Source: Mizuhopecten yessoensis | Taxonomy: Eukaryota | DNA length: 64,000 nucleotides | Direction: 5' to 3' | Assembly: GCF_002113885.1 (NCBI RefSeq) | Contig: NW_018406324.1 | Location: 626,681-690,680, forward strand | In this document: positions 1 through 11,738 of the stretch, piece by piece | Layout: every line of letters starts with the position of its first letter | Position numbering within the stretch: position 1 is the first letter of the stretch | Translations under genes and position numbers: made by a program | Notes under the pieces: model-generated | Database searches by the model: none | Told to the model about the DNA's origin: nothing | The model's input: the letters and a program-made list of their open reading frames with translations, nothing else

Positions 1-1238
1 AATCCTGTAAAATCGAAATAGTTCATCCTATAACCGCGGAAATGAGTTCCCACGAATAAGGTATGTAATGCAGAATGGGAAATACGATAGAATATGCATA
101 ACAACTATAAAGAACACAAGGCCTGTCTATCATGTACATTGGCTATGTTATCTGATAATCTCACACAGGATCAGGCACATCTGGGTCTCATTTACCCAAT
201 TACAATAAAACTCACGTGAAATAACTATTTTAGTCACATTGTCGAATTCGGATGGATCCTTCCCTCCCATCGGCGTTTTATTTGTGGAAATTAGTAGAAA
301 TAATAATTAAAACCGTAAAAATAACAAAAGAAATCAGACACAGAGAAAATAGCTGATAGAAGATATTTTACAATACAGCATTTTAGTGTATCAATTCCAA
401 GAGTTCTTTCATGTCCCTAGGTTCACACATTGACATCATAGCTATCGAAATTGAGGTTTCCGGATATTATAGTACCGTAATATGTTTTTATATATTTCAT
501 ATATTAATCCAGATGTTCCGGATCGACACGTCGTTTAGTCGCAATCTTCGCAGACGACACAATGTATCATGAACCATCACAGTCACTGAGCTCATCATTG
601 CACTTCGGTAAATTGACAATACACCCTTTAAGAACTACAAGTAACATCGCATTAACGAATGGAATTATCACTGGTTGGAATCGACGAACTCATAAAAAGT
701 ATGAAAACGAAAGTAGAGAGTTGTTCCAGAGAAAGGGCGAGAGTTTTGAAACTGTTCTCGGAGCCTAAAAAGGGACTGTCGGTCGAACGCTGACCCCGGC
801 ACCTTCAATGTCACGCTCAGCAGGCCCCTGGTCAAAACCTGACTCACGCAAAAGTCATGGTGTGTATTTGGCAGTGATCAGGTTGGCACAAATTGGCTTA
901 AGGACTATATGGTAAAAGATTGTACATGACATATACGAAGTTAAAAACACTGACATTATTGTCAAAATCAGTGTCTCTGAAATTCGAGAAAAGTTTCTTA
1001 ACGATCTTTTAGAAGATAATCTACGATTGCTTTGGTTAAAATATTGAAAATGCTTTCTTTATTTCTATATTTGCAAGCATTTCTACGGCTTCAGAGTAAG
1101 CGAAAGAGGATGATTCCCACCGCCCTTACCCCATCTGGCCTTCTCCTGTGTACCTTTCTCAAATCATGTACTCGTGCTTGAGTTAGGTTAATTATTCTGC
1201 CATATGGCGTGTGGGTGATTGCAAATAAAAAAACCCAC

Positions 1239-1309
1239 CTAAAACATGTAAATAGATCAACAAAAACTAAACAAATCACAAAAAAATGAAGAGAGAAACG
1301 TCTTAACAT
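1239..1309 (-). CDS. Candidate first coding exon of a minus-strand gene, encoding a signal-peptide-like N-terminus (MLRRFSLHFFVICLVFVDLFTCF...)
   Basis: Minus strand reads attattcatttatttttctttgtag|GTTGCA ATG, a strong polypyrimidine acceptor with the exon starting at 1315. 23 codons give a basic N-region plus hydrophobic core, then AG|GTGGGT donor at 1239/1238. An alternative donor GGG|GTAAGG lies near 1130. Downstream exons not identified. Confidence 0.4.
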
Positions 1310-2304
1310 TGCAACCTACAAAGAAAAATAAATGAATAATCTACAGTTTACGTCAGATGTCTTATAATCTGTCCTTGAGCGTCAACAGGTTCATTTCCAA
1401 AACTGTCATACGTCAAATCACGGCATACTTCTATAAATATATACCATAAAGGCCTAACGACTCATTACACGGATACAGAGTAAAGGACAGGGCTCTTTAA
1501 GCAACGTAAGTCAATAAATTAATCAATCGATTACTGTGTAAACGAGGGGACGATACGACCGGAGTTAGTGTTATTGTCTACGTGTTACTTACTTGTGTTA
1601 AGTATTAAGTCATCCACAATCAGACACTATCACCAGCCGGTGCCGAAATGTCCAACAGAGAAAAAATTATGACACAGACATTTACTAATCCGCTGTGATT
1701 CCGCTCCATATTTTCCGACAGGTAGTTGTGGTAGTAATTAGTAGACTTTTTTAACACGGTGGAAAGTTCGCGGGAGTGCCTGTGTATCGTATCGCTGGAA
1801 AAATAGCTATAATTCTCATACGCTCCATTGCTTAGCACTGCATGGCAGAGAGCGCCAGCAGAGAGTTTGAACGGCAAACTATTGTCTATGGTGGCCTATA
1901 CTTGACACGTCAGGTACGCATATGTAACACGATAGAATAAACTATACGGATGCCTATCAGTGACTAGGCACGTATGTGTTAAACCAATGTCTACAGAAGA
2001 CTATAGGTGATAAGTCGTGTACGTATTTACCATTTGTCTCAGAGGCATTTAGATCACAAGTCGAGTTAGTATTGAATCATTGTCTAAACAGAAGCCTACA
2101 ATGGCCTACAGATGGCTGATAAGTCATGTACGAGTCTACGGAGGCCAACAGATACCAAGCTATGTTGAAGCATTTTCTATGGAAACCCATATATGACAAG
2201 TCGTACGCATACCATTTTCTATGAAAGATTAAAGGTGACCAGTCGTGCACGTGATATAATTGTATAAGGAGGCCCATGAGTGAAAAGACTTGCGCGTGTT
2301 TATA

Positions 2305-2488
2305 AATATCTACGGAAGACCACAGGCGACATATCTCACAGGTGTTTTTTTCAGTTACTACGGAAGACCACAGCCGACATATCTCACAGGTGTTCTTTTC
2401 AGTTTCTACGGAAGACCACAGCCGGCATATCTCACAGGTGTTCTTTTCAGTTTCTACGGAAGACCACAGGCGACAAATCTCACAGGTC
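2305..2488. repeat. 48 bp minisatellite (~4 copies) within a more degenerate array (~1940-2600)
   Basis: tacggaagaccacag recurs at 2311, 2359, 2407 and 2455. Decayed copies (ctacagaagactataggtgataagtcg etc.) flank it. Confidence 0.9.
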
Positions 2489-2620
2489 CATAGCTGACGT
2501 ATTTAACTATTGGTTAAAAGAGGTTTAGACATGATAAGTCGAGTACGCGTTTACCATTTTCTACGAAGGCTCATACGTGACAAGTAATGTGCGTACATGG
2601 TTAGATGGGTACATTTCATG

Positions 2621-2730
2621 TATGGAGTTCTATACGTGACAGCAGGTACATGTTTAACCCATCAGACACATAATTTTCATCTATGGAGTTCTATACGTGA
2701 CAGCAGGTACATGTTTAACCCATTAGACAA
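2621..2730. repeat. 61 bp-period tandem duplication
   Basis: tatggagttctatacgtgacagcaggtacatgtttaaccca occurs at 2621 and 2682. Confidence 0.85.
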
Positions 2731-4041
2731 ATTATTAGCTATTGAATCTAATTGATGACGTGACAGACACAATCTTCTCTAATGAAGCTTATAGTTGACA
2801 TGTCAGCTACACTGAACACGACAGACATTCGTGGAAATTCTGATCGCTTGATAGATTTAATTAAATCTCGAACACGTGTGATTTTCAGTAATTGATTATA
2901 TTTCTTTTCATGGTAAATTCATCTTGTAACGAGAATGCCTGCTCAAAAGAAAACTAAAATATCAATCTTTTTGACCAAAGCTTTAAGTATTGACAATAGA
3001 TTGGCAGCCAAGATATCTGAGTTAAATTGACCGAAACTGTATGTTCACGGAACTTCTGATATAAATTATATTGCTTTCAGGAAATACAGTCAAGAAAGCT
3101 CAAATATCAGTTATATGCCTCTTATAGTTAATAAAACATCAAATAAAGTGCTTCCGATTGGCTGGGAGACCTCTGACAATTATGGAATGATATGCCATAA
3201 TTTCTGGATTTGCTAAATCCGGTGAGTTTCCAAATCTAAAATTAGAAATACTTATAGGAAAAACAAATATGGGCTTTTTAATAGGTGAAATGCTGTGAAA
3301 TTGGCTGAAGAAACATGTATTGACCGAGGCGATAGCAGCCCCGGTCTTTATATATTTTCTGTGGTGAATATTACTGCACATTCACCGAGGGAACGGTCAT
3401 AATTGTATATTATTATTAATAAATATTATATGCTTGAATATTTCTCGCAATCACATTGGTCTTGTCCTTTACAAGTGATTAGTCCTCAAAAACTCATCTA
3501 GACTGGTTTTCCCATGAATGTCGATTTCTATATATAGCATATAGGGAAATTCCCCGGAACCTGTCGTAACGCATGCTCAGTTAGAACGGAACGCGATCTG
3601 TCAGACGACAACAGAGGATGGCTGCTTCGCCTCAGTCAATATCGCTTCTTCATGTTCATATTACATCATATTCACCAGTAAAATGTCCATAATTGTATAA
3701 CATTGACCCAGATTATCAGTTCAGAAATGCTCAAATTTCCTTTATATTTTAACCCCAGATTACTAAACTTACAATGTTATTTATTAGAGTCCCGATGTTA
3801 GTTTTAAAGAATCTCGACTCTCAATCCTATTAATTAAAACGTTTGTCTTAAATTCTGCACTGTCCGTCCTTATGAACCACTAATGCTAGTCCCGTGGAAC
3901 TTCGACTTTTATAGTGTTATAGGAATGCTATTTGTATTGAGTTTCTTCTGTTAGGGATACTTGTCCCACAGTAGAAAAAAACGCAAGAGAATTCCACTTT
4001 AATTTTGATACATATTTAGTAACCTGTAGTCTGACTTGTAC

Positions 4042-4150
4042 AGGTAGCTTAGTCATTTAGAGCACGGACTTAGATAATCTAATTCCGTGATTAGAGGGGC
4101 AGAGTAATGCTCTGAGATCAAAGGTTCGAATCCTATTATCTGGCCCTGTT
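4042..4150 (+). other. tRNA-derived element (SINE head, LTR-borne tRNA-like sequence or tRNA pseudogene)
   Basis: Pol III A-box-like tagcttagtcatttagagc and perfect B-box ggttcgaatcc. The spacing is too long and no acceptor stem for a functional tRNA is evident. Confidence 0.45.
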
Positions 4151-4479
4151 GTATTCTACACTTAGGACACTGTTGTTGTTATTATTGTTTATTAATCTTT
4201 TTCATACGTCAATAATATTGTTATACACCCGTAGTTAAATGTATGAACTGAATATACTTTCTGAATTTAATAATTAATTACCAAATAAATGTTGTGAACA
4301 AACGTAATTATTCTAAATGGGAATATATACATTTAATTTTCACCTAACCTACTAGACTAATGATTAATGTTATTCAAATAACCACTAAGATAGTACTGCG
4401 TATGTCCATGCTCTTGTCAGAAACTGTTAAAACCGTACTGAGCTAACAGCAGAGGATCTTTTAAGTCCTAAGGTCAGAA

Positions 4480-4708
4480 AAAAGTCTGTGCATCTGTATA
4501 TAAAAGTCTGTGTATCTGTGTATAAAAGTCTGTGTATCTGTGTATAAAAGTATGTGTATCTGTGTATAAAAGTCTGTGTATCTGTGTATAAAAGCCTGTG
4601 TATCTGTGTATAAAAGCCTGTGTATCTGTGTATAAAAGTCTGTGTATATGTGTATAAAAGTCTGTGTATCTGTGTATAAAAAGTCTGTGTATCTGTCTGT
4701 GTATCTGT
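4480..4708. repeat. 22 bp minisatellite (taaaagtctgtgtatctgtgta) ~10 copies
   Basis: Direct inspection: unit starts at 4501, 4523 and so on. Explains ORF 4461..4760. Confidence 0.95.
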
Positions 4709-5159
4709 CCCTCACGTTATGCTTTTCTTTCCATAAATGATATACCAAAGCTATAGTCATGTTGTAAAAGTTTCCAGAGGATGTTACATTTTAAGCAACG
4801 GCAGGAGGATCCTTAATTTCTGTATACACCTATGGAGCCTCCTCCCAGAAATAGGTCACCACTGCAGACCGCTCCGTAAAAGGGACGAGGTCTAGGTATA
4901 CGGCCCTAATGTACTGTAGTAAAACAACGTAATTGTACCTCACACTGAGCCATGGCTTAAGCGGACATAAATAGCAACACTGATTGATACCATTAAACAA
5001 TTAAGTAGTACACTGCACGTGAGCTTACCTAACGGTGATATGTCGGGTCACGTGACCTGTAACCAATTACAGAACGAAAGTTCATAAAACCACCCTTGTG
5101 ATGTGCGATCTGTTGCATGAAGATATACTTCGACTAGATCAGTAGATCTGTCCTAAATT

Positions 5160-5985
5160 GTACTGTCAAAGGGAAACTTATACAGGCAAAGAGAGACTTA
5201 TACAGTCAAAGAAAGAAACTTATACAGTCAAAGAGAGAAACTTATACAGTCAAAGAAAGAAACTTATACAGTCAAAGAGAGAACTTATACAGGCAAAGAG
5301 AAACTTATACAGTCAAAGAGAGAAACTTATACAGGCAAAGAGAGACTTATACACACAAAGAAAGAAACTTATACAGTCAAAGAGAGAAAATTATACAGTC
5401 AAAGGGAAACTTATTCAGTCAAAGAGAGAAACTTATCCAGGCAAAGAGAGACTTATACACACAAAGAAAGAAACTTATACAGTCAAAGAGAGAAACGTAT
5501 ACAGTCAGAGGGAAACTTATACAGTCAAAGAGAGAAACTTATACAGGCAAAGAGAGACTTATACACAAAGAAAGAAACTTATACAGTCAAAAAGAGAAAC
5601 TTATACAGTCAAAGGGAAACTTATACAGTCAAAGAGAGAAACTTATACAGGCAAAGAGAGACTTATACACACAAAGAAAGAAACTTATACAGTCAAAGAG
5701 AGAAACGTATACAGTCAGAGGGGCACTTATACAGGCAAAGAGAGAAACTTATACAGGCAAAGAGAGACTTATACACAAAGAAAGAAATTTATGCAGTCAA
5801 AAAGGGAAACTTATAACTTATAGTCAAAGAGAAAAACTTATACAGGCAAAGGGAAACTTATACAGTCAAAGAGAAAAACTTATCCAGTCAAGAGGAAAAT
5901 ATTACAGTCAAAGAGAGAAACTTATACAGTCAAAGGGAAATTTTACAGTCAAACAGAAACGTATATAGTCAAAGGGAAAATCAAA
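5160..5985. repeat. 20-22 bp minisatellite (aaacttatacagtcaaagagag) ~38 copies
   Basis: Direct inspection. Explains repetitive ORF 5158..5823. Confidence 0.95.
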
Positions 5986-6029
5986 TGGAAATTTATACTT
6001 TAGAAGGAATGTTTTGCTATCAAAGAGTC

Positions 6030-6540
6030 ACTGTCAATGGTAACCCTATACATCCAATGGGAAATATATACCTCAAAAAAAGTACACTGTCAATGGTAAC
6101 CCTATACATCCAATGGGAAATATATACCTCCAAAAAAGTATACTGTCAATGGTAACCATATACATACAATGGGAAATAAATACCTCAAAAAAAGTATACT
6201 GTCAATGGTAACCATATACATCCAATGGGAAATATATACCCCCAAAAAAGCATACTGTCAATGGTAACCATACACATCCAATGGGAAATATATACCCCCA
6301 AAAAAGCATACTGTCAATGGTAACCATATACATCAAATGGGAAATATATACCTCAAAACAAGTACACTGTCAATGGTAACCATATACATCAAATGGGAAA
6401 TATATACCTCAAAACAAGTACACTGCCAATGGTAACCATATACATCCAATGGGAATATATACCTCAAATACCACTGTCAATGGTAACCCTATACATCCAA
6501 TGGGAAATATATAACTCATCAAAATAATACTGTCAATGGG
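6030..6540. repeat. ~56 bp minisatellite (ctgtcaatggtaaccatatacatccaatgggaaatatatacctcaaaaaagtata) ~9 copies
   Basis: ctgtcaatggtaacc occurs at 6031, 6087 and onward. Confidence 0.95.
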
Positions 6541-6961
6541 AAACGTTAACAACCGAATGGGCTCTTATACCGTCAAACGGATTTTATTATTTCAAAAGAA
6601 ATCTTACACTAACAACGGAAATACTATACTGCCAAAGGAAACAATATACTGTCAAAAAGAAAACAATACCATCGACATTAACTTATACTGTCAGAATGAA
6701 TTGACGTGTATACTGTCGAAAAGAAACGTTTGCTGTTATAGGAAATCCTTTACACTGTCAAGGGGAAAGTTATACGGTCTAAGGGACTGAATTTGTCCTT
6801 AATTGGTTTTGCCATTATATGCGTTTTTATCATAAACGTATTAAAGTTCGCATGTACGTTCATAAACATATTGGCATTCACATACATATACATACACTGT
6901 ATAGGCATACAAATAAACGTTTTATGCATTAAATTTCACATCCAGTGCAAGTCCCAAAGAA

Positions 6962-7174
6962 TTGTTTTTGTTTTGTTTTACGTCCTATTAACAGCTATGG
7001 TCATTTAAGGACGTGCCAGGTTTTGATGGTGGAGGAAAGCCGGAGTTCCTGGAGAAAAACCACAGACCTACGGACAGTACCTGGCGACTGCCCCACGTAG
7101 GCCTCGAACCCGCGACCCAGTGGTGAAAGCTAGTGGTAGTGGAATGCCAGACGCCTTAACCACTTGGCCACCTC
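6962..7174 (-). mobile_element. tRNA-headed SINE with V-domain-like core
   Basis: Minus strand: A-box ggtggccaagtggttaaggcg, B-box ggttcgaggcc, core ggtttttctccaggaactccggctttcctccacc, tail cacgtccttaaatgaccatagctgttaataggacgtaaaacaaaac. A highly similar second copy lies at 62712-62932. Confidence 0.8.
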
Positions 7175-7568
7175 GAATAACATGATACCGCTGAATGAAG
7201 CAAACATTTAGGTGACGTTAAATCGTTTAAGAAATAGCATATTCACTCGCAAAACGAACACGTCAAAAACACAAATTCTACGGAATTGTTTAAATAAGAT
7301 GATACATGTACCTGCAAATATGCTTCTAATTTTGTAACATTATAATATAAATAATTAACTTTGATGATTGGTACGGGTTTTTTGTTTAGGTGTGTACAAC
7401 GCCGGGACACTGACCTCGCTTTCATCTCGCTATGTCTGTGCCACCAGACCTTTAACACGCAAAAGGTGATAGACAAGTTATTCGGAAACAACTGATGTGT
7501 TTGCTGTCAGTGGCTTTCTTCTCTCCATTTTCAAAGGGGATAGAAACTCAGAGTAAAATCTTATCTAC

Positions 7569-8383
7569 CAATGACAATGACAATGGTAATTGTTTTATTC
7601 TCATAAACAATACAGTGCAGAGAATACATATATACAAATGGGTGACAATAATACATGATGGAACAGGATGGACATTAGTATTGTAAATTAATTATGTCAT
7701 TCATATCGGTTAAAAATTTAGCCAATGATGTCAACTCATGTTGTGTTACATAATTGAATAATGTATGATATCTAAATGTGTTTGGTCTTTCATAATAATA
7801 TCTGGACATATGTTTTCGCCTACTATTGAGAATTGGTTGATGTGTACATGTAAACAGATAATGAAATTCGTCGCTAATTTCTCTTAAATAATATAAACTA
7901 CATAATCTATTTTAACGTGGTATATTGAACCAACTACCACTTTCAATTGGTAACTTAGTATGACATGTTCTAAACTTACAAAACGCTCTGGCTAGTTTCG
8001 GAGGGAGTTCTATTAAGTACTTTTCTAAACAAAGTTCGTACTTATATATTATATAATTGATTCCTTTCGGAGAAGTATACATTTCATTTCTCCAGTTTGA
8101 TATAAATTTTCCTTTTAGTTTATAAAATATGGTACTCTTTAGCCAATGTATACTTGGAAACTCTTGACTATTAAATATATGTATCAGACTGCATTCTTCA
8201 AAAATCCTTTTCACATATTTTAGCCATGATGATTCATCATTTGATAAAATTGCTAACAGTTTATTACTCAATTTATTCTGTGTTTTTTGTTTTTTTTTGT
8301 CAATCTAGCCCAAACTCCGACCATTCTTACCTTGACATTAATATCTAGCAGAAACCTTCCAAGTTCTCCGTATATCATAAACC
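7569..8383 (-). mobile_element. 5'-truncated, decayed non-LTR retrotransposon 3' end (RTE-X-like ORF2 C-terminus)
   Basis: Translations MIYGELGRFLLDINVKVRMVGVWARL and FCKFRTCHTKLPIESGSWFNIPR*NRLCS...ISDEFHYLFTC match LINE ORF2 C-terminal motifs (YGELGR; R...H.LPIE.GR; C..C...DEFH....C). Ends in aataaa plus a (cattgt)n tail. Contains a frameshift and a stop. Clade assigned from motif recall. Confidence 0.8.
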
Positions 8384-8385
8384 GT

Positions 8386-8810
8386 ATTCCGTGCAAACTT
8401 GGTTCAAGATTCAAACTGATCAAATTGTGGTCACCGTTGTGAAAATCATTTCTTCTTTGAGTGTCAATCTTATATAGCTCGTAAAATACTGTTCCAATAC
8501 CTTGACAATATAAATATGCAAATAAGTTTGAGGTTACTACTATTTGGTGATGAAAACCTAGCATTGGATGAAAATTGTAATTTATTTAGACATGTGCAAA
8601 CTTTTACTAGGTCCAGCGAAAGATTTAGAATATAAAATGTATGACATATGTATTTTTTTACTTTCTACGATTACTTGTTTTATTTGTAAGTGTCTTTCTA
8701 TGTAATCACTTGTCGTTGAAATGTTGTTAGAAGATGGCTTCATACATTGCTATAACTTGTGCCAAATCCCTTGTACACATCTGGACAATAAATTATGTTT
8801 AAACTTAACA
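8386..8810 (+). mobile_element. CR1-like LINE 3' fragment
   Basis: Reads FRANLVQDSN*SNCGHRCENHFFFEC...LRLLLFGDENLALDENCNLFRHVQTFTRSSERF. The 3' UTR ataacttgtgccaaatcccttgt...caataaattatgtttaaac is shared with the element at 20622-21495. Confidence 0.75.
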
Positions 8811-8845
8811 ACAAAAAAAGGGGGGGGGGGGGAGCTGAAGCCAAA

Positions 8846-9016
8846 CCAATCAGCACGATTCTAAAGCTCTACCAAGGAGCACACTCGGTGCGGTACTTTA
8901 CTGCTCCACCAATCAGCGCACCCGTAGCAAAGGTTATTATGTGAGACCCTACTCTTCAACCAATCAGAACTCACGGTACAAGGTTTACCAGGCAGGAATT
9001 TACTGATCCCACCAAT
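8846..9016 (+). promoter_or_regulatory. Cluster of four CCAATCA boxes in a degenerate ~52 bp repeat
   Basis: ccaatca at 8846, 8909, 8960 and 9012 with similar flanks (tactgctccaccaatcag / tactcttcaaccaatcag / tactgatcccaccaatcaa). Regulatory function unproven. Confidence 0.35.
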
Positions 9017-9928
9017 CAACACACTCGACACTAAAACGACACCTCCTTGAACCCACTTAAAACAATTGATACAAAGAAGTACGGTTGACGGGTGAGATCA
9101 TACAATTAACAGTCGTTAAGATACCACAGATTTAACACCGGGGCATTCTGATTGTAATCTCTGACGGCAGACGTAATTCACTGCGGGAGTTTTTCGAAAA
9201 TACCATCCGCGCTTAGTATGAATATGAGTGATAGGAAAACTCTCGCCTAGCACGCGATGTGATGACCTAGTTATAGCCGACTCGGCTGAGTGCGCTAAGT
9301 TGTAACTATTCTATTGGAAAATTTGATCGAACCAACGGCTTAAGGATTTCTTAAGATTGCTAGAAAAGATGTTCCCATCGGGAAAAAATCCAAAAATCGT
9401 TTTACGATCGTGCTCACGCAAATTCGGCATATTTTGAAAACGAGATCCTATAATCGGCAGGGAAAACGGCGTGCATAATGAAACATAGATGTGTAGCGTT
9501 CTCTGCGCGATCCATTGTCGGAATATTTGGGGGTTATCTGGTACCACAATAGCTCGTACAAATGTGGGCTTGTCTTGTTCAGTGTTGATTTACAGTCGTC
9601 ATGATGACAAGCAATTTATACCTCTTATAAGTTACGGGTCGAATAGAAGTTCTCCGTAGAGTCAATAAATATAGCTAACGCATAGTATGTCCCGGGTTGC
9701 GTTCGATCCGTTCCCTCTTAGAGTCCTTGTTCTAAATAAATTCTGTATTAACTTCACCCCATCAATATAAAAGCGCAATATTCGGTCATTGACGTGAAAC
9801 ATTGAAACCCCGGTATGGCGGAGGGCGTAAACACCTTGCTTAATTTTCCTGTAATTTACACTGTGTTAAAAAGTATACGAATTTATTCTATTGAGTTGGT
9901 TCTAGAACCCCAAATAAATACCTTGAAG

Positions 9929-10088
9929 TACAGTTGAGTATGGTTCGTTCGAATTTGTATAAGTCGAATAACCTTTTAACTCGAACAGATAACTCGATGT
10001 ACTTGCGGATTAATTTCACAAAACTCCAACACGTTGTAACTCGGCCACTTTTCAAGTCCGGTCGAGATTAAGGTAAACAAGTATTGTA
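9929..10088. mobile_element. Possible decayed Tc1/pogo-type MITE
   Basis: Starts tacagttgag, has several internal (taac)tcgaa motifs and ends ...attgta. TIRs poorly conserved. Confidence 0.3.
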
Positions 10089-10574
10089 TAAACTGAGGTA
10101 TCTTGCCTCTGTTTTAAAGGATTTAAATGGTTTCCATGTTACAAATTATTATTATTGAAATGACTATTACTGAAATGTATAGTACTTAAACTGCTGTTTT
10201 CTGAAATAACTGTAGCTGAATTTATTATAACCGAAATCTTTATAACTAAAATTACTACTGTATAGCTATCACTTTTGCTGAAATTACTATAATAGTGATA
10301 GATATCATCGAAACCATCCGTACTTTTCCGTTAGAATAGCTTAAATCTACCGCCAAAACAAAAGTTCTTTACTTTTTGTTAGTGCTAATTTCCCGAATTC
10401 AAATTCTTCCGGATATATGTTCTCTGAAAAATGACCGTGAAAATATATATTGGGTATAACGGAATGTTTAACAGTATATCCTTTATAGATATAGTAGGAT
10501 ATCTTGTGATATCATAGTGCAACTGATAAGGCAGGCTAAGATGATATGTAACTGCGTGGAGCATGTCAAAAAAA

Positions 10575-10900
10575 AGGTCGCTCACGCCAGCACGATGCTT
10601 TGGCCGTTCAAACAACGTCGTGTCTGCTAACAAAATATCTTGCCCGCTAAAAAAAAGTCATGCTCGTTCACAAATTGGTCTTGCTCGATCATTTAATATC
10701 ATTCTCGTTTACACAATGTTTTGTCTCCTCAAACGATTTCGTACCTGCTAAGATAATGACGTACCCGCTCACAAAATGTTGTGTACGCTCACAAAATGGC
10801 GTTCCCGCCAACAGAATATCGTGCATGCTATTACAATGTTTGTCCGCTGACAAAATGTTGTGTCCGCTATCAGAACGCCTTGGTCGCTCAAACAATGACG
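10575..10900. repeat. Degenerate minisatellite (cgctcacaaaatgttgtgtc-like units)
   Basis: Recurrent cgctcacaaaatg / gctaacaaaat / tggtcgctcaaacaa motifs. Confidence 0.6.
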
Positions 10901-11149
10901 GGCGTAGAGTGTTAATCATGGGTGAGGTTCGGACAGATTGGCTTCTCAGGTTCACTTGACGACCATTAACTACGTATTTTGTTCTTTGAGGTTCGTTTTA
11001 TGTCTAGATGTTTCTCGAGAAGGGTAATATAAATGTCACCCCAACGCTCTCAGCATATGCAAATCCCCATCGACTGGATATTGCTGCTAAGACTTTCATA
11101 AACCCGGTACCTTTGACGTCACCTTGTATAAGGACTGGACATTATACTC

Positions 11150-11363
11150 GGGGCATGTTCGTATATGCGCAACAACCGGTTTGTCTGTTTTAAAAAAGTA
11201 ACATTTTATAAATCCTTGCAGACCTGTAAATGTTTATCAATTAAGGCCTTGCAAGGCATTGTCAAGGGTCGCCTTAAGGAGCATACAATTACTTGGTCCG
11301 ACCTTGTTTCATAAACGAACAACTCTGGTCCAACCGTTTGGATCGTGATAAACGAAAGCAGCC
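11150..11363 (+). mobile_element. ~215 bp dispersed MITE-like element, copy 1
   Basis: Colinear with 35546-35772 (ggtccgacctt...ttcataaacgaacaactc...ggatcg...aaacgaa). Imperfect terminal IR ggggcatgttcgtat / taaacgaaagcagcc. Confidence 0.6.
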
Positions 11364-11565
11364 ATGTAGTCGCCATCCAATATAGTTTTACTACTGAAAA
11401 CAGACATACACCACTTTTATTACATTTCAATATAGCAATATTCACTAGAATATATTCAAAACTATCAGTTTGATTGATTTGAATATATATTTTAGTAAGT
11501 TCCATTATTGTTTGTTGGTGAAATCATTTCAACACTATTAATACAAAATAGGTTCGATGACTTAC

Positions 11566-11738
11566 CAAGGCACGCGAACGTTGCCGTACTTGTTACAAAC
11601 GCGCGCGCTCTCTCACCACATTTTGGCAGAAAGCGGAACAAAGTATGTGAGGTAGCGCTGATCAAACTCTCCTCGGTATTACAAGAGAACACGCGGGAAG
11701 TTGGCCGAATACACTGACTGTGCTGCGCTTCCCTTCAG
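11566..11738 (-). other. Candidate non-coding first exon (5' UTR) of the minus-strand gene
   Basis: CpG-rich unique sequence ending in a perfect donor TG|GTAAGT (intron starts 11565). The upstream side (11860-11960) has CACCC/GGGTGGGG boxes and ACGTG/ACGTCA motifs. An N at 11739 makes the 5' boundary uncertain. Confidence 0.35.

Noticed and set aside
848-976. Possible next minus-strand exon (acceptor ttctcgaatttcag at 977, donor GTGAGT at 847)
   Set aside because: Contains an in-frame stop in the phases required by the 1239 or ~1130 donors.
5158-5823. 221 aa Lys/Arg-rich ORF
   Set aside because: Translation of a 20-22 bp minisatellite that cycles through frames.
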